From a virus (lineage: Duplodnaviria; Caudoviricetes): a stretch of 50,001 nucleotides of DNA. Under the pieces are notes generated by a model. That model worked only from the letters and a program-made list of their open reading frames with translations. It was not told where the DNA came from and made no database searches. Of the stretch, positions 28,596 to 37,379 are shown piece by piece; positions within the stretch are counted from its first letter, which is position 1; each line of letters begins with the position of its first letter. The translations under genes and the position numbers were made by a program. Where the stretch lies: the IMG/VR virus record IMGVR_UViG_3300036845_000765, positions 1 to 50,001 of that record, one strand, 5' to 3'.

Positions 28596-30113
28596 ATGGA
28601 CCCCCGCCTCGCAGAATGGCTAGTCTCCGTCCGCGACGATCCTGAAGCCTTCGTCATGGGCGCCTTCCCCTGGGGCGAGAAGGGATCTCAGCTCGAAGGC
28701 TACACCGGCCCGATGCCTTGGGCCGTCAACCAAATGCGCCGAATCAAAGCCGGTCTGATCAACGTCAACGACGCGATCATGGAAGCAGTCGCCTCCGGTC
28801 ACGGCATCGCCAAGTCCACAACCGTCGCCCATCTCATCCTCTGGGCATTCATGACCTACCCAGACACCCGAGGAGTCATCACCGCCAATACCGAAACCCA
28901 ACTCAAAACCAAAACCTGGGCCGAACTCGGCAAATGGTTCAACCTCTGCTGGTTCGCGAGGGAATACTTCTCCCTCAACGCCACATCCCTCCTCTCCAAA
29001 GACCCAACCCGAGAACGAACCTGGCGGATCGATATGATCCCCTGGTCCAAAACCAATCCCCAAGCATTCGCTGGCCTCCACAACAAAGGCAAGCGAATGC
29101 TACTAGTCTTCGACGAAGCCTCGGAAATCGAAGACATCATCTGGGAAACCGCAGAAGGTGCCTTCTCCGACCGTGACACCCAGCTCATCTGGCTAGTCTA
29201 CGGCAACCCAACCCGCAACTTCGGCCGGTTCCGAGAATGCTTCGACGGTGGCAAGCACAATTCCTTCTGGCACTGCACCCAGATCGATTCCCGCGATGTC
29301 CCAATCACCAACCAAAAGCGCATCGCCAAACTAATCGCCACCTACGGTGAAGACACCGATTACACCCGCATCCGCATCCTGGGACAGTTCCCGCGCCTGG
29401 GCATGATGGAGTTCTTCTCTGCAATGGACATCGACGCAGCCATGTCCACCGAGCGCGAGGTTTATGTAGATGCCCTCACCCCGTTGGCTCTCGGTGTCGA
29501 CGTTGCCCGGTACGGCAAGAACAACTCGGTCATCTATCCGCGTAAAGGCCGAGACGCCCGTTCCCTCCCAGCCAAGGTCTTCTCTGGCATCAACACCGTC
29601 GCCCTATCCAACCAAGTCTATTCCGCCTGGGAACTCTGGCATCCCGACGGAATCTTCATCGACGGCGGCGGTGTCGGCGGCGGTGTCGTCGATTCCTGCC
29701 GGGCCAAGTCCCTCTACGTCACCGAAGTCCAGTTCGGCGCCAAAGATTCCATAACCGGCCTGATCTTCAACAACACCGGTGAAAAATACGCCAACATGCG
29801 CGCAGCCATGTACGGCGCCGCCCGAGCTTGGCTCCCCAACGGCATGCTCCCGGCCAACCCAGAACTCCGAACTGCGATGTTGGCGATCACCTACACCTTC
29901 AACAAGCAGGATGAAATCATCCTCACTCCGAAAGAAGACATCCTCGCCGACCATCCCGATATCGACCTCGACACCCTCGACGCCTTCTGCCTAACCTTCG
30001 GCGGTCCCTTGGTCCCGAACGCCAACGCCGGTGGCGAACGCCCCGACTCCACCAAACCCCTCCACCAAACAGAGTACAACCCATTCGACCCAGCCTTCAT
30101 GGATGCAGCATGA
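28596..30113 (+). CDS. terL: Terminase large subunit
   Basis: VASGHGIAKS Walker A variant, LVFDEAS Walker B, GNPTR, LGVDVARYG nuclease motif, DAFCLTF. Confidence 0.95.
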   Translation: MDPRLAEWLVSVRDDPEAFVMGAFPWGEKGSQLEGYTGPMPWAVNQMRRIKAGLINVNDAIMEAVASGHGIAKSTTVAHLILWAFMTYPDTRGVITANTETQLKTKTWAELGKWFNLCWFAREYFSLNATSLLSKDPTRERTWRIDMIPWSKTNPQAFAGLHNKGKRMLLVFDEASEIEDIIWETAEGAFSDRDTQLIWLVYGNPTRNFGRFRECFDGGKHNSFWHCTQIDSRDVPITNQKRIAKLIATYGEDTDYTRIRILGQFPRLGMMEFFSAMDIDAAMSTEREVYVDALTPLALGVDVARYGKNNSVIYPRKGRDARSLPAKVFSGINTVALSNQVYSAWELWHPDGIFIDGGGVGGGVVDSCRAKSLYVTEVQFGAKDSITGLIFNNTGEKYANMRAAMYGAARAWLPNGMLPANPELRTAMLAITYTFNKQDEIILTPKEDILADHPDIDLDTLDAFCLTFGGPLVPNANAGGERPDSTKPLHQTEYNPFDPAFMDAA

Positions 30114-30301
30114 AAATCTCCCAACCCGACCAACCAACTCCGGCCTTACCCCAACTCCCCAAGGCCATCCCTCCCCCGCCAATCCCAACCAGCACCCCGG
30201 GAGCCAAGCCCCAGGCCAAGTCAATGAACCAATCCTACCTCAACGCCGGGGCAGCGCCAAGCAAGGATAACATCGGCACCAAACAACTGGTCGGCCAGTG
30301 A
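30110..30301 (+). CDS. Small Pro-rich virion-associated protein
   Basis: Coupled to terL; short pre-portal gene ending KQLVGQ. Confidence 0.6.
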   Translation: MKISQPDQPTPALPQLPKAIPPPPIPTSTPGAKPQAKSMNQSYLNAGAAPSKDNIGTKQLVGQ

Positions 30302-30426
30302 TGTTTGAAAACTGGGTCCCTCCCGAATTCTACTGGATGATTTTGTTAATTGTCATCCTCGGAGGCTCATGGATTGTATTTGGTCTGTGGCATCTGTTTG
30401 CCCACCTTTCAATTGGATGGCTGTGA
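30301..30426 (+). CDS. 41-aa Trp-rich membrane peptide (not in the ORF track)
   Basis: MFENWVPPEFYWMILLIVILGGSWIVFGLWHLFAHLSIGWL; TGATG overlaps at both ends; AT-rich. Confidence 0.7.
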   Translation: MFENWVPPEFYWMILLIVILGGSWIVFGLWHLFAHLSIGWL

Positions 30427-30821
30427 TGCCCCAAGCCCCATCCCTCCCTCCCGACCAAATGGCCTCGGCCCAGGCCAACGCAGGCATGAACCCGATTAAC
30501 TTCATTATAGCGGCTGCGGACCTTAACAACTCTGGGCAATCTCCTTGGGAACCAGGAACCAAAGAGTCCGATTCCGCATTCATGAAGAACATCAACCCGA
30601 AATCCTACGATAGCCTCCACCCATCCCCCAGCGTAGAAGACCGCCGCGACCAACCATACAAAACCCCCTCTCCCGAGGAAACATCGCGGAACGCTAAGTA
30701 CGCTCTCCAAGATCAAGAACAACGGGAAGCTGGGATCTACTCACCTGACCAAGACTCTTCCCTGGCTAAGCAACTCGGCGCTGCCCAACTCGACAAAGCC
30801 CTAGCCAAAAAGAAACGCTAA
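30426..30821 (+). CDS. Hypothetical protein, paralogous N-terminus with the next gene
   Basis: ANAGMNPINFIIAAADLNNSGQ. Confidence 0.7.
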   Translation: MPQAPSLPPDQMASAQANAGMNPINFIIAAADLNNSGQSPWEPGTKESDSAFMKNINPKSYDSLHPSPSVEDRRDQPYKTPSPEETSRNAKYALQDQEQREAGIYSPDQDSSLAKQLGAAQLDKALAKKKR

Positions 30822-31012
30822 TGCCAATGGCCCCAGCAGCACCCCCACTCGACCCATCCACAGACGCTAACGCTGGGCTAAATCCAGTCAACTTCCTAAT
30901 GGCCGCTGCCGACCTCCACAAATCCGGCCAACTGTCGGCTCCCGTCCCAACCGGCACCCCACTCCAAACCGGCAAGCGCGCATCCCGCAAGCCGATCAAG
31001 GTCATTAAGTGA
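30821..31012 (+). CDS. Hypothetical protein, paralogue of the previous gene
   Basis: ANAGLNPVNFLMAAADLHKSGQ. Confidence 0.7.
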   Translation: MPMAPAAPPLDPSTDANAGLNPVNFLMAAADLHKSGQLSAPVPTGTPLQTGKRASRKPIKVIK

Positions 31013-32766
31013 ACGCCCCAATCGCCAACCCGTTCTCAGGCATCTACTCGGAATATGTCACCGAGCAAGACATGCTCTTGCGGAAATTCCAACAAGGGCG
31101 TTTGCTTGGTCTGCGGAACAACCGATACTCGTGGTGGACCCACGCGAGGGAGTTGGCTGATTTCATCCTTCCCCGGAGATATAAATGGCTAATTACCCAA
31201 AATCAACAGAACCGTGGTTCTCCAATCAACCAGCACATATTGGATTCTACTGGCACTATCGCGGCCCGCAACCTGTCTGCCGGAATGATGTCGGGGATAT
31301 CTTCCCCTACTCGACCTTGGTTCAAACTCAAGATTGGACGTTTAGACTCCACGCAAACCAGCCCCACGAGCTTGTGGTTAGCTGAATGCGAACGCCTGAT
31401 GTACCTCGTCTTCGCCGAATCCAACTTCTACACCTCCATGGCGATCTTCTACTTCGACCTCGTCGTCTTCGGCACCGCAGTCCTCCTCATCTACGAAGAC
31501 TTCGACAACGTCCTCAACTGCATCAACCCATGCTTTGGCGAATACTACGTCGACATCGACGGGAAATACCGCCCAGTCATCTTCTATCGCGAGTTCACCT
31601 TCACCATCGCCCAAGTCGTCGCGGAGTTCGGTTACGAGAACTGCTCCCCAATGATCCGCCAGTTCTACGATCTCCAAGACGGCGCGAACCTAACCCGAGA
31701 GGTCATCATCGCCCATGCCATCGAACCGAACACGGATGCGAAGAAGTATGGCATCCCTACCCATTTCGAATATCGTGAGACTTATTGGGAATGGGGAGGT
31801 GCTACAAATCCTCAGGGGGGAACTACTGCGCGCGGCTTCCTCCGAAAGCGTGGGTTCACTGAACGTGCAGCTATCATTGGGCGATGGGATTTGGTCGCCA
31901 ACGATCCGTATGGCCGATCTCCCGGCATGGATGCTCTCCCGGACATCAAACAACTCCAACAGCAAAGCCGACGCAAAGCCCAAGGCATCGACAAAGGCAT
32001 CAACCCTCCTCTAGTCGCCGACGCCCAACTCAAAAACCAACCCGCATCCCTCCTCCCCGGCGGCATCACCTTCCTCCAAGGAATGATGTCCACCGGCCAA
32101 GACGGAATGAAACCAGTCTACGGTTCCTGGCGGCCCGATATCACCGCGATCTCCGAAGATCTCCAAGAAGTCCGCCAGCGAATCAAAGACACCTTCTTCA
32201 ATTCCCTATTCCAAGTCGCATCCCAATTCGAAACCCGATCCAACATCACCGCTGTCGAATGGGACATGCGGAAATCCGAATCCTTGATGATGCTGACCCC
32301 AGTCATCGAGCGTCTCCAATCCGAAGTCCTAGCCCCAGTGATCGACCGGGTCTGGGGAATCATGGATCGCGCTGGCATCCTTCCTCCACCCCCACCCGAA
32401 GCCGCAGGGAAGTTCATCAATGTCGAATACACTTCTATGCTCATGCTCAGTCAGCGAGCCGCCACCGCTGGCTCGATTGAACGTGTACTTCAAATGGCCG
32501 GTCAGCTCGCTGGCATTGACCCATCCGTCGTTGACAATATCGACTTTGATATGGCCATCGACCTCTACGCCAACCTCCTCAACCTCGACCCCCGAATCAT
32601 CCGCTCCCCAGCTTCCCTAGCCCAGATCCGCCAACAGCGCCAAGCCCAGCAGCAACAAGCCGCCCAGTCCCAGCAAATCGAAGCCCTCTCCAAAGCCGGC
32701 GCCAACGCTTCCCAAATCGACGTCGGCGGTGGCCAGAACCTCGTACAGAAGATGCTCCAAGGATGA
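31009..32766 (+). CDS. Portal (head-tail connector) protein, T7 gp8/BPP-1 type
   Basis: DSTG...SPTRPWF, DLVVFGTA, YGRSPG, Gln-rich C-terminal barrel. Confidence 0.95.
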   Translation: MNAPIANPFSGIYSEYVTEQDMLLRKFQQGRLLGLRNNRYSWWTHARELADFILPRRYKWLITQNQQNRGSPINQHILDSTGTIAARNLSAGMMSGISSPTRPWFKLKIGRLDSTQTSPTSLWLAECERLMYLVFAESNFYTSMAIFYFDLVVFGTAVLLIYEDFDNVLNCINPCFGEYYVDIDGKYRPVIFYREFTFTIAQVVAEFGYENCSPMIRQFYDLQDGANLTREVIIAHAIEPNTDAKKYGIPTHFEYRETYWEWGGATNPQGGTTARGFLRKRGFTERAAIIGRWDLVANDPYGRSPGMDALPDIKQLQQQSRRKAQGIDKGINPPLVADAQLKNQPASLLPGGITFLQGMMSTGQDGMKPVYGSWRPDITAISEDLQEVRQRIKDTFFNSLFQVASQFETRSNITAVEWDMRKSESLMMLTPVIERLQSEVLAPVIDRVWGIMDRAGILPPPPPEAAGKFINVEYTSMLMLSQRAATAGSIERVLQMAGQLAGIDPSVVDNIDFDMAIDLYANLLNLDPRIIRSPASLAQIRQQRQAQQQQAAQSQQIEALSKAGANASQIDVGGGQNLVQKMLQG

Positions 32767-32972
32767 CCAAAGCCCCCATCGCCCAGCACTCAATGATCTT
32801 CGAAGTCACCGGCAAGGATGAACGTGGTCGGTCCACAACCAAAGACATCACCATGTACGCACCACCATTCCTTTCCCTGGCCCAACTCGAAGCCCACCTC
32901 GCCGAAGCCATCCGTCTCAACCCGGATCTGAAATTCGTCCACAAATCCTGGGCAGGGCTACCCAATGACTAG
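32763..32972 (+). CDS. Small hypothetical protein
   Basis: ATGA overlap with the portal stop. Confidence 0.6.
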   Translation: MTKAPIAQHSMIFEVTGKDERGRSTTKDITMYAPPFLSLAQLEAHLAEAIRLNPDLKFVHKSWAGLPND

Positions 32973-32999
32973 TCTGTTATTCCGGCAGTGATACCAACC

Positions 33000-33446
33000 A
33001 TGACCCGCGATGGTACCGACCGCAAATCCCTAGCCCGCTTAGCTAAGCAAGCCAAGCAGTCCGAAGCGAACCGGATTGCCTACACCCGAACCATCCTATC
33101 CGACCGCTTCGGCCGCGAATGGATGTGGAACCTCCTAACCCGCTGCCATTGTTTCCACACCTCTTTCGTCGCCGGCCACCCAGATATCACCGCGTTCCAA
33201 CTAGGCGAACAGTCCATCGGTCTCCAACTCCTCGCCGATGTCACCCTCGCCTCCCCAGCCGACTACACTCTCATGTCCAACGAAGCTCTAACCCGGGAAC
33301 TAGCCAATGCCAGCCGAGAATCCAACCCCGACCAACAATCCGCAGACCCAGCCGGGAATCCGGGATCCCTCGGGAACGATCCTGGACAGCCCATCGACGA
33401 CGGCTCCGGATTCCTCGACCCAGACGACCCAGCCAGCTACCACTGA
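33000..33446 (+). CDS. Bbp19-like head-associated protein
   Basis: GREWMWNLL..C..F.TSF...TAFQLGEQSIGL pattern; between portal and scaffold. Confidence 0.65.
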   Translation: MTRDGTDRKSLARLAKQAKQSEANRIAYTRTILSDRFGREWMWNLLTRCHCFHTSFVAGHPDITAFQLGEQSIGLQLLADVTLASPADYTLMSNEALTRELANASRESNPDQQSADPAGNPGSLGNDPGQPIDDGSGFLDPDDPASYH

Positions 33447-34080
33447 GCAGCCTGGGACATCGTTCCTTACCGGGAAGAAGGTCGAAGGTGACGGTAGCAG
33501 TGATACCAACAGTGATACCAAGCCCGACCCTGCCAAACCCGACACTCCAGTCCTCCCCGCTGGCGCGCCCGAGAAATACACCGACTTCAAACTCCCCGAT
33601 GGCGTCTCCATGGACCCCAAGGCCAAAACCGATTTCGAAACCTTCGCGAAATCCACCGGCCTATCCCAAGACCAAGCCCAAGCCGCTGTGGACGTCTACA
33701 CCAAGCACGCCATCGCCGCGGCCAAAGCCCCTTACGACCTCTGGGCCAACACCCAAAAAGAATGGCAAACCGAAATCCTCTCCCGCTTCGGTGGCGAGTC
33801 CGGAGCCGACCGTATGCGCGCTGATGTCAACTCCGTCATCTCCCGAACCCTTCCCCCGTCCCTCCAGAAATCCTTCCGGGCCGCTCTGGACTTCACCGGC
33901 GCCGGCACCAACCCAGACATCCTCGAAGCCTTCTCCATCATGTTGAAGCCCCTCATGGAAGGCAAACCAGTCCTTGGCAACGGCCCAGTGACCCCGGCCG
34001 ACCCAGCCAAACCCGGCGCAGGCCAGCAAGTCGACCTAGCGGCGGCAATGTACCCCCATCTCGTGCCCAATCGGCGCTAA
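33307..34080 (+). CDS. Capsid scaffolding protein
   Basis: Pro/Thr-rich N-terminus, APEKY.F.LPDG, GLSQDQAQ, C-terminal AAMYP; precedes capsid gene. Confidence 0.85.
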   Translation: MPAENPTPTNNPQTQPGIRDPSGTILDSPSTTAPDSSTQTTQPATTEQPGTSFLTGKKVEGDGSSDTNSDTKPDPAKPDTPVLPAGAPEKYTDFKLPDGVSMDPKAKTDFETFAKSTGLSQDQAQAAVDVYTKHAIAAAKAPYDLWANTQKEWQTEILSRFGGESGADRMRADVNSVISRTLPPSLQKSFRAALDFTGAGTNPDILEAFSIMLKPLMEGKPVLGNGPVTPADPAKPGAGQQVDLAAAMYPHLVPNRR

Positions 34081-34178
34081 CCCAATCCAACGTCCACCGC
34101 GGAGCGGTAGAACGGCCCAGCCCAGAGGACCATAGGATGCTCACCAACCCCCACCAACCCTTAACCTAGGTAACTCCT

Positions 34179-35222
34179 ATGGCAATTATCGGCTCGACCG
34201 CCCTAACGTACGCTGACTGGGCCAAACGCCTTGATGACGGCTATCGCGTAGCCTCCATCATCGAACTCCTATCCCAGACCAACGAGATCCTCGATGACAT
34301 GATGGTCGTCGAAGGCAATCTCCCCACCGGCCACAAAACAACCGTCCGGACCGGCCTTCCCCAGGCCACTTGGCGATTGCTCAACACCGGTGTCCCCAAC
34401 GCCAAGTCCACCACGGCCCAGATCGTTGACACCTGCGGGAACCTCGAAACCTACTCGGTCATCGACAAAGACATCGCGGATCTCAACGGCAACACGCCAG
34501 AGTTTCGTCTGTCAGAGTCCCGCGCCTTCCTCGAGGGTATGTCCCAGCAAGTCGCCGCTACCCTCATCTACGGCAACCAGTTCCTCAACCCAGAACGCTT
34601 CACTGGCTTCGCCCCTCGCTACTCCACCCTCACCACCGCGAACTCCCAAACCGCCAACAACGTCCTCTCCGGCGGTGGCGCGGCCTCCACCAACACCTCA
34701 GTCTGGATCATGACCTGGGGAACCGATACCAACCACGCCACCTTCCCCAAAGGCAAGCTCACCGGTCTCCAACAGCGCGACATGGGCGAATGGCCGGTCA
34801 CCGATTCCCTCGGCAACACCTACCAAGCCTACCGCGAACACTTCAAATGGGAAATCGGGTTCGTCCAGCGCGACTGGCGCTACATGGTCCGCGTTGCCAA
34901 CGTCGACGTCACCCAGCTCACCGGCGTCTCCGCGGCCAACCTGATCAACCTGCTCATCCGCGGCCTCTACCGCCTGCCCACCGCGCCAGTCTCAGCTACC
35001 ACGATCCAAACCTCCGACTCCCCAATGGTTCGGGCCGATATGGGTCGAACGGTGATCTATTGCAACCGCATTCTGAGGACGTATTTGGACCTCCAGGCAA
35101 TGAATAAGACTAACGTGCTTTTACGCCTGGAGGAATTTAACGGTCGGCCTATTACAACTTTCCGGGGAGTTCCTGTAAGAACCGTAGACGCTATCTTGAG
35201 CAACGAGGCAACGGTATCATGA
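34179..35222 (+). CDS. Major capsid protein (BPP-1 Bbp17/epsilon15 gp7-like)
   Basis: LTYADWAKR, IIELLSQTNEIL, RTGLP..TWR, FRGVPVR..DAI. Confidence 0.95.
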   Translation: MAIIGSTALTYADWAKRLDDGYRVASIIELLSQTNEILDDMMVVEGNLPTGHKTTVRTGLPQATWRLLNTGVPNAKSTTAQIVDTCGNLETYSVIDKDIADLNGNTPEFRLSESRAFLEGMSQQVAATLIYGNQFLNPERFTGFAPRYSTLTTANSQTANNVLSGGGAASTNTSVWIMTWGTDTNHATFPKGKLTGLQQRDMGEWPVTDSLGNTYQAYREHFKWEIGFVQRDWRYMVRVANVDVTQLTGVSAANLINLLIRGLYRLPTAPVSATTIQTSDSPMVRADMGRTVIYCNRILRTYLDLQAMNKTNVLLRLEEFNGRPITTFRGVPVRTVDAILSNEATVS

Positions 35223-35719
35223 CTCCAGATCTATTAACACAGGATTTAGTCAAAAGATTCCTTCGCTACGATCCTGAGACAGGCGATTGGACTTGGATTG
35301 AGCAGATAAACTCTCGTGTTGAGGTTGGAGATGCTGCTGGAACCATCAGTGTGCATGGTTATCGTATCATCACATTCTTTGGTTACAAGTATCGCTCAGC
35401 AAGGCTAGCTTTCCTATACATGACAGGAAGATGGCCTGACAAGGAAGTTGATCACGAGAATCGTTGCAAGACAGATGACCGCTGGGTTAATCTACGAGAT
35501 GTGACTCGTTCAGATAACCAAATCAATCGGGACTTGCAAGGAAACAACACATCTGGCGAGCGAGGTATTCACTGGGACACTAACAGGAACAAATGGTTTG
35601 CACAGGTCAAAAGAGACAATGTCACTTTCTCTGTAGGCCGATACGATACCATGGAAGAAGCTGTAAGTGCCAGAGATGCCTTCATTGAAACCTACGATTC
35701 GAAAAGGAATGTATCATGA
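35219..35719 (+). CDS. HNH homing endonuclease with AP2-like C-terminal domain
   Basis: YDPETG, VDHENRCKTDDRWVNLR, NTSGERGIHW, GRYDTMEEA; AT-rich relative to flanks. Confidence 0.92.
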   Translation: MTPDLLTQDLVKRFLRYDPETGDWTWIEQINSRVEVGDAAGTISVHGYRIITFFGYKYRSARLAFLYMTGRWPDKEVDHENRCKTDDRWVNLRDVTRSDNQINRDLQGNNTSGERGIHWDTNRNKWFAQVKRDNVTFSVGRYDTMEEAVSARDAFIETYDSKRNVS

Positions 35720-36273
35720 TCCTCGATGGCTACTTAATGTTCACCAACTTCATCGGCGGAGGCACCGGCACTGGCGACTCCCCAACCACTGGTACCCAGG
35801 TCTCCACCAACCAGCTCGACCTCGGCATCATCGGTCTCCCACTCTCGGCCTCTGGCGGCGGTGCTCGCGATATCGGTATCGGCGACGACCCAGCGATGAA
35901 AATCGCAGTGATCGTCACCACCACCTTCACCGGCGGGACCTCGCTCCAGGTCAACATCCAGGGAGCTCCCGACAACGGTTCCGGTGCCCCAGGCTCCTAC
36001 ACCACCATGCTCTCCGGCCCAGTGGTAGTCGAAGCCAACCTGCTCGGCGCGACCTCGACCAGCTTCGCCGGCACCCGCGTCCTCGATGTCGACATGCCTA
36101 GACCCGCTCCGGCCCAGGCACTCCCACGCTTCATCCAACTCCAATACATCACCGTCGGCACCCACACCGCCGGCGCAGTCAAAGGCTTCCTAGTCCTTGA
36201 CCGCAACGACATCCCACTCGGCACCACCGCTGCCCTTTCCGGCTATCCCGCCGGTATCACCATCGCGAACTGA
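35716..36273 (+). CDS. Capsid cement/decoration protein (Bbp16-like)
   Basis: MILD..L.F, STN..DLG, RDIG.G, RFIQLQY..VGTHTAG; follows capsid gene. Confidence 0.8.
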   Translation: MILDGYLMFTNFIGGGTGTGDSPTTGTQVSTNQLDLGIIGLPLSASGGGARDIGIGDDPAMKIAVIVTTTFTGGTSLQVNIQGAPDNGSGAPGSYTTMLSGPVVVEANLLGATSTSFAGTRVLDVDMPRPAPAQALPRFIQLQYITVGTHTAGAVKGFLVLDRNDIPLGTTAALSGYPAGITIAN

Positions 36274-36283
36274 GGAGGGCACA

Positions 36284-36925
36284 ATGAAGCGTATCCTCCT
36301 CGCAACCGGTCTGTTCCTGGGGTTGGCTCTACCAGCCTCGGCCCAGATCAACCTAGTCCCCCAAATCGGCCTAACCACCGGCTACCTGCCCCACACCACA
36401 TATTCCTCAGCCTTCTTCGGCCTTGTCCCCCCAGCATCCGCAACCGATATGGTCTGCATTGCTGGGTCAACCTCCAAAACCGTCCGGGTACAACGAATCG
36501 TCATCGGCGGCACTGCCGCCACTCTCGTCGGCCTACCCATCCAAGTAGTCCGCCGGGCCTCCCTTGACACCGGCGGTACCATTGGCACAACCACTGCCAA
36601 CCCAGGTATCACCACCCAAATCGCCAAGCGCGACACCACAACCGGTGCCGCGACCGCAACCTTGGTCTCCTACACCGCAGTCCCAACCATCAACGATACC
36701 GCGCCGACCTACCTCGACTCAAGCCTGCTCCTACTCAACACCACAGCAGCAGCGACCAACCCACTAATGACCATCTTTGACTGGTCGCGCGACATCGAAA
36801 ACCAACTACAAGTCCCTTCGATCCAACCGGCCGCCACAGTCGTTCAGCAAATCTGTGTCAACTTCGGTGCGGTCTCGATCACCACCGGTGCCCTGAATGG
36901 TCAAATTACCTGGACAGAGGAATAA
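36284..36925 (+). CDS. Secreted beta-rich protein 1 (signal peptide ...PASA|Q, 2 Cys)
   Basis: GAGGAGG RBS; MKRILLATGLFLGLALPASAQ. Confidence 0.8.
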   Translation: MKRILLATGLFLGLALPASAQINLVPQIGLTTGYLPHTTYSSAFFGLVPPASATDMVCIAGSTSKTVRVQRIVIGGTAATLVGLPIQVVRRASLDTGGTIGTTTANPGITTQIAKRDTTTGAATATLVSYTAVPTINDTAPTYLDSSLLLLNTTAAATNPLMTIFDWSRDIENQLQVPSIQPAATVVQQICVNFGAVSITTGALNGQITWTEE

Positions 36926-36928
36926 CCA

Positions 36929-37369
36929 ATGAAACGCCTAGTCATCAACGCAGCCCTGATCCTTGGTTTGGCCGGAGGCCTTGCCTTTGCTCAGACCATC
37001 AACTCGGCACTACAGGTATCTCAAGACGGTCGAGGGATCTTCGGGGTTGACACTAACAACAACCTGTACATCCAGTCCAACCGACACTTGTTGGCTACTT
37101 CCAACGTCTCCCCTGCCCCAGTCCTAACCTCCTGTGGTACCTCCCCAACTATTACCGGTTCGGACTTTAGCTTCAAGCTAGTGACCGGTTCGGCAGCGAC
37201 CACCTGTACCATTACCTTTGGACAGGCATTCGTGACCGCTCCCCAATGCTTCCTTCAAGCAAACGGCGGTGCAACCCAACCAACCTACACAACCTCAACC
37301 ACAGCGCTCACAGTAACCGTGGACATCGCTTCCACGACCTACTCTGGTCTCTGCATGAGCATATCGTAA
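36929..37369 (+). CDS. Secreted beta-rich protein 2 (signal peptide ...LAFA|Q, 4 Cys; fibre-tip/lectin-like C-terminus)
   Basis: MKRLVINAALILGLAGGLAFAQ; CTITFGQAFVTAPQC. Confidence 0.8.
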   Translation: MKRLVINAALILGLAGGLAFAQTINSALQVSQDGRGIFGVDTNNNLYIQSNRHLLATSNVSPAPVLTSCGTSPTITGSDFSFKLVTGSAATTCTITFGQAFVTAPQCFLQANGGATQPTYTTSTTALTVTVDIASTTYSGLCMSIS

Positions 37370-37379
37370 GGAACCTCCA

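Larger units (their letters stand above)
17189..33521. repeat. Dispersed repeat family TAGTCTGTC-N4-15-(T)GATACCAAC(CA), about 12 loci
   Basis: Minus strand: 17190, 19041, 20785, 22651, 23696, 23871, 25248, 26426; plus strand: 26725, 28544, 32970, 33497. Confidence 0.9.
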
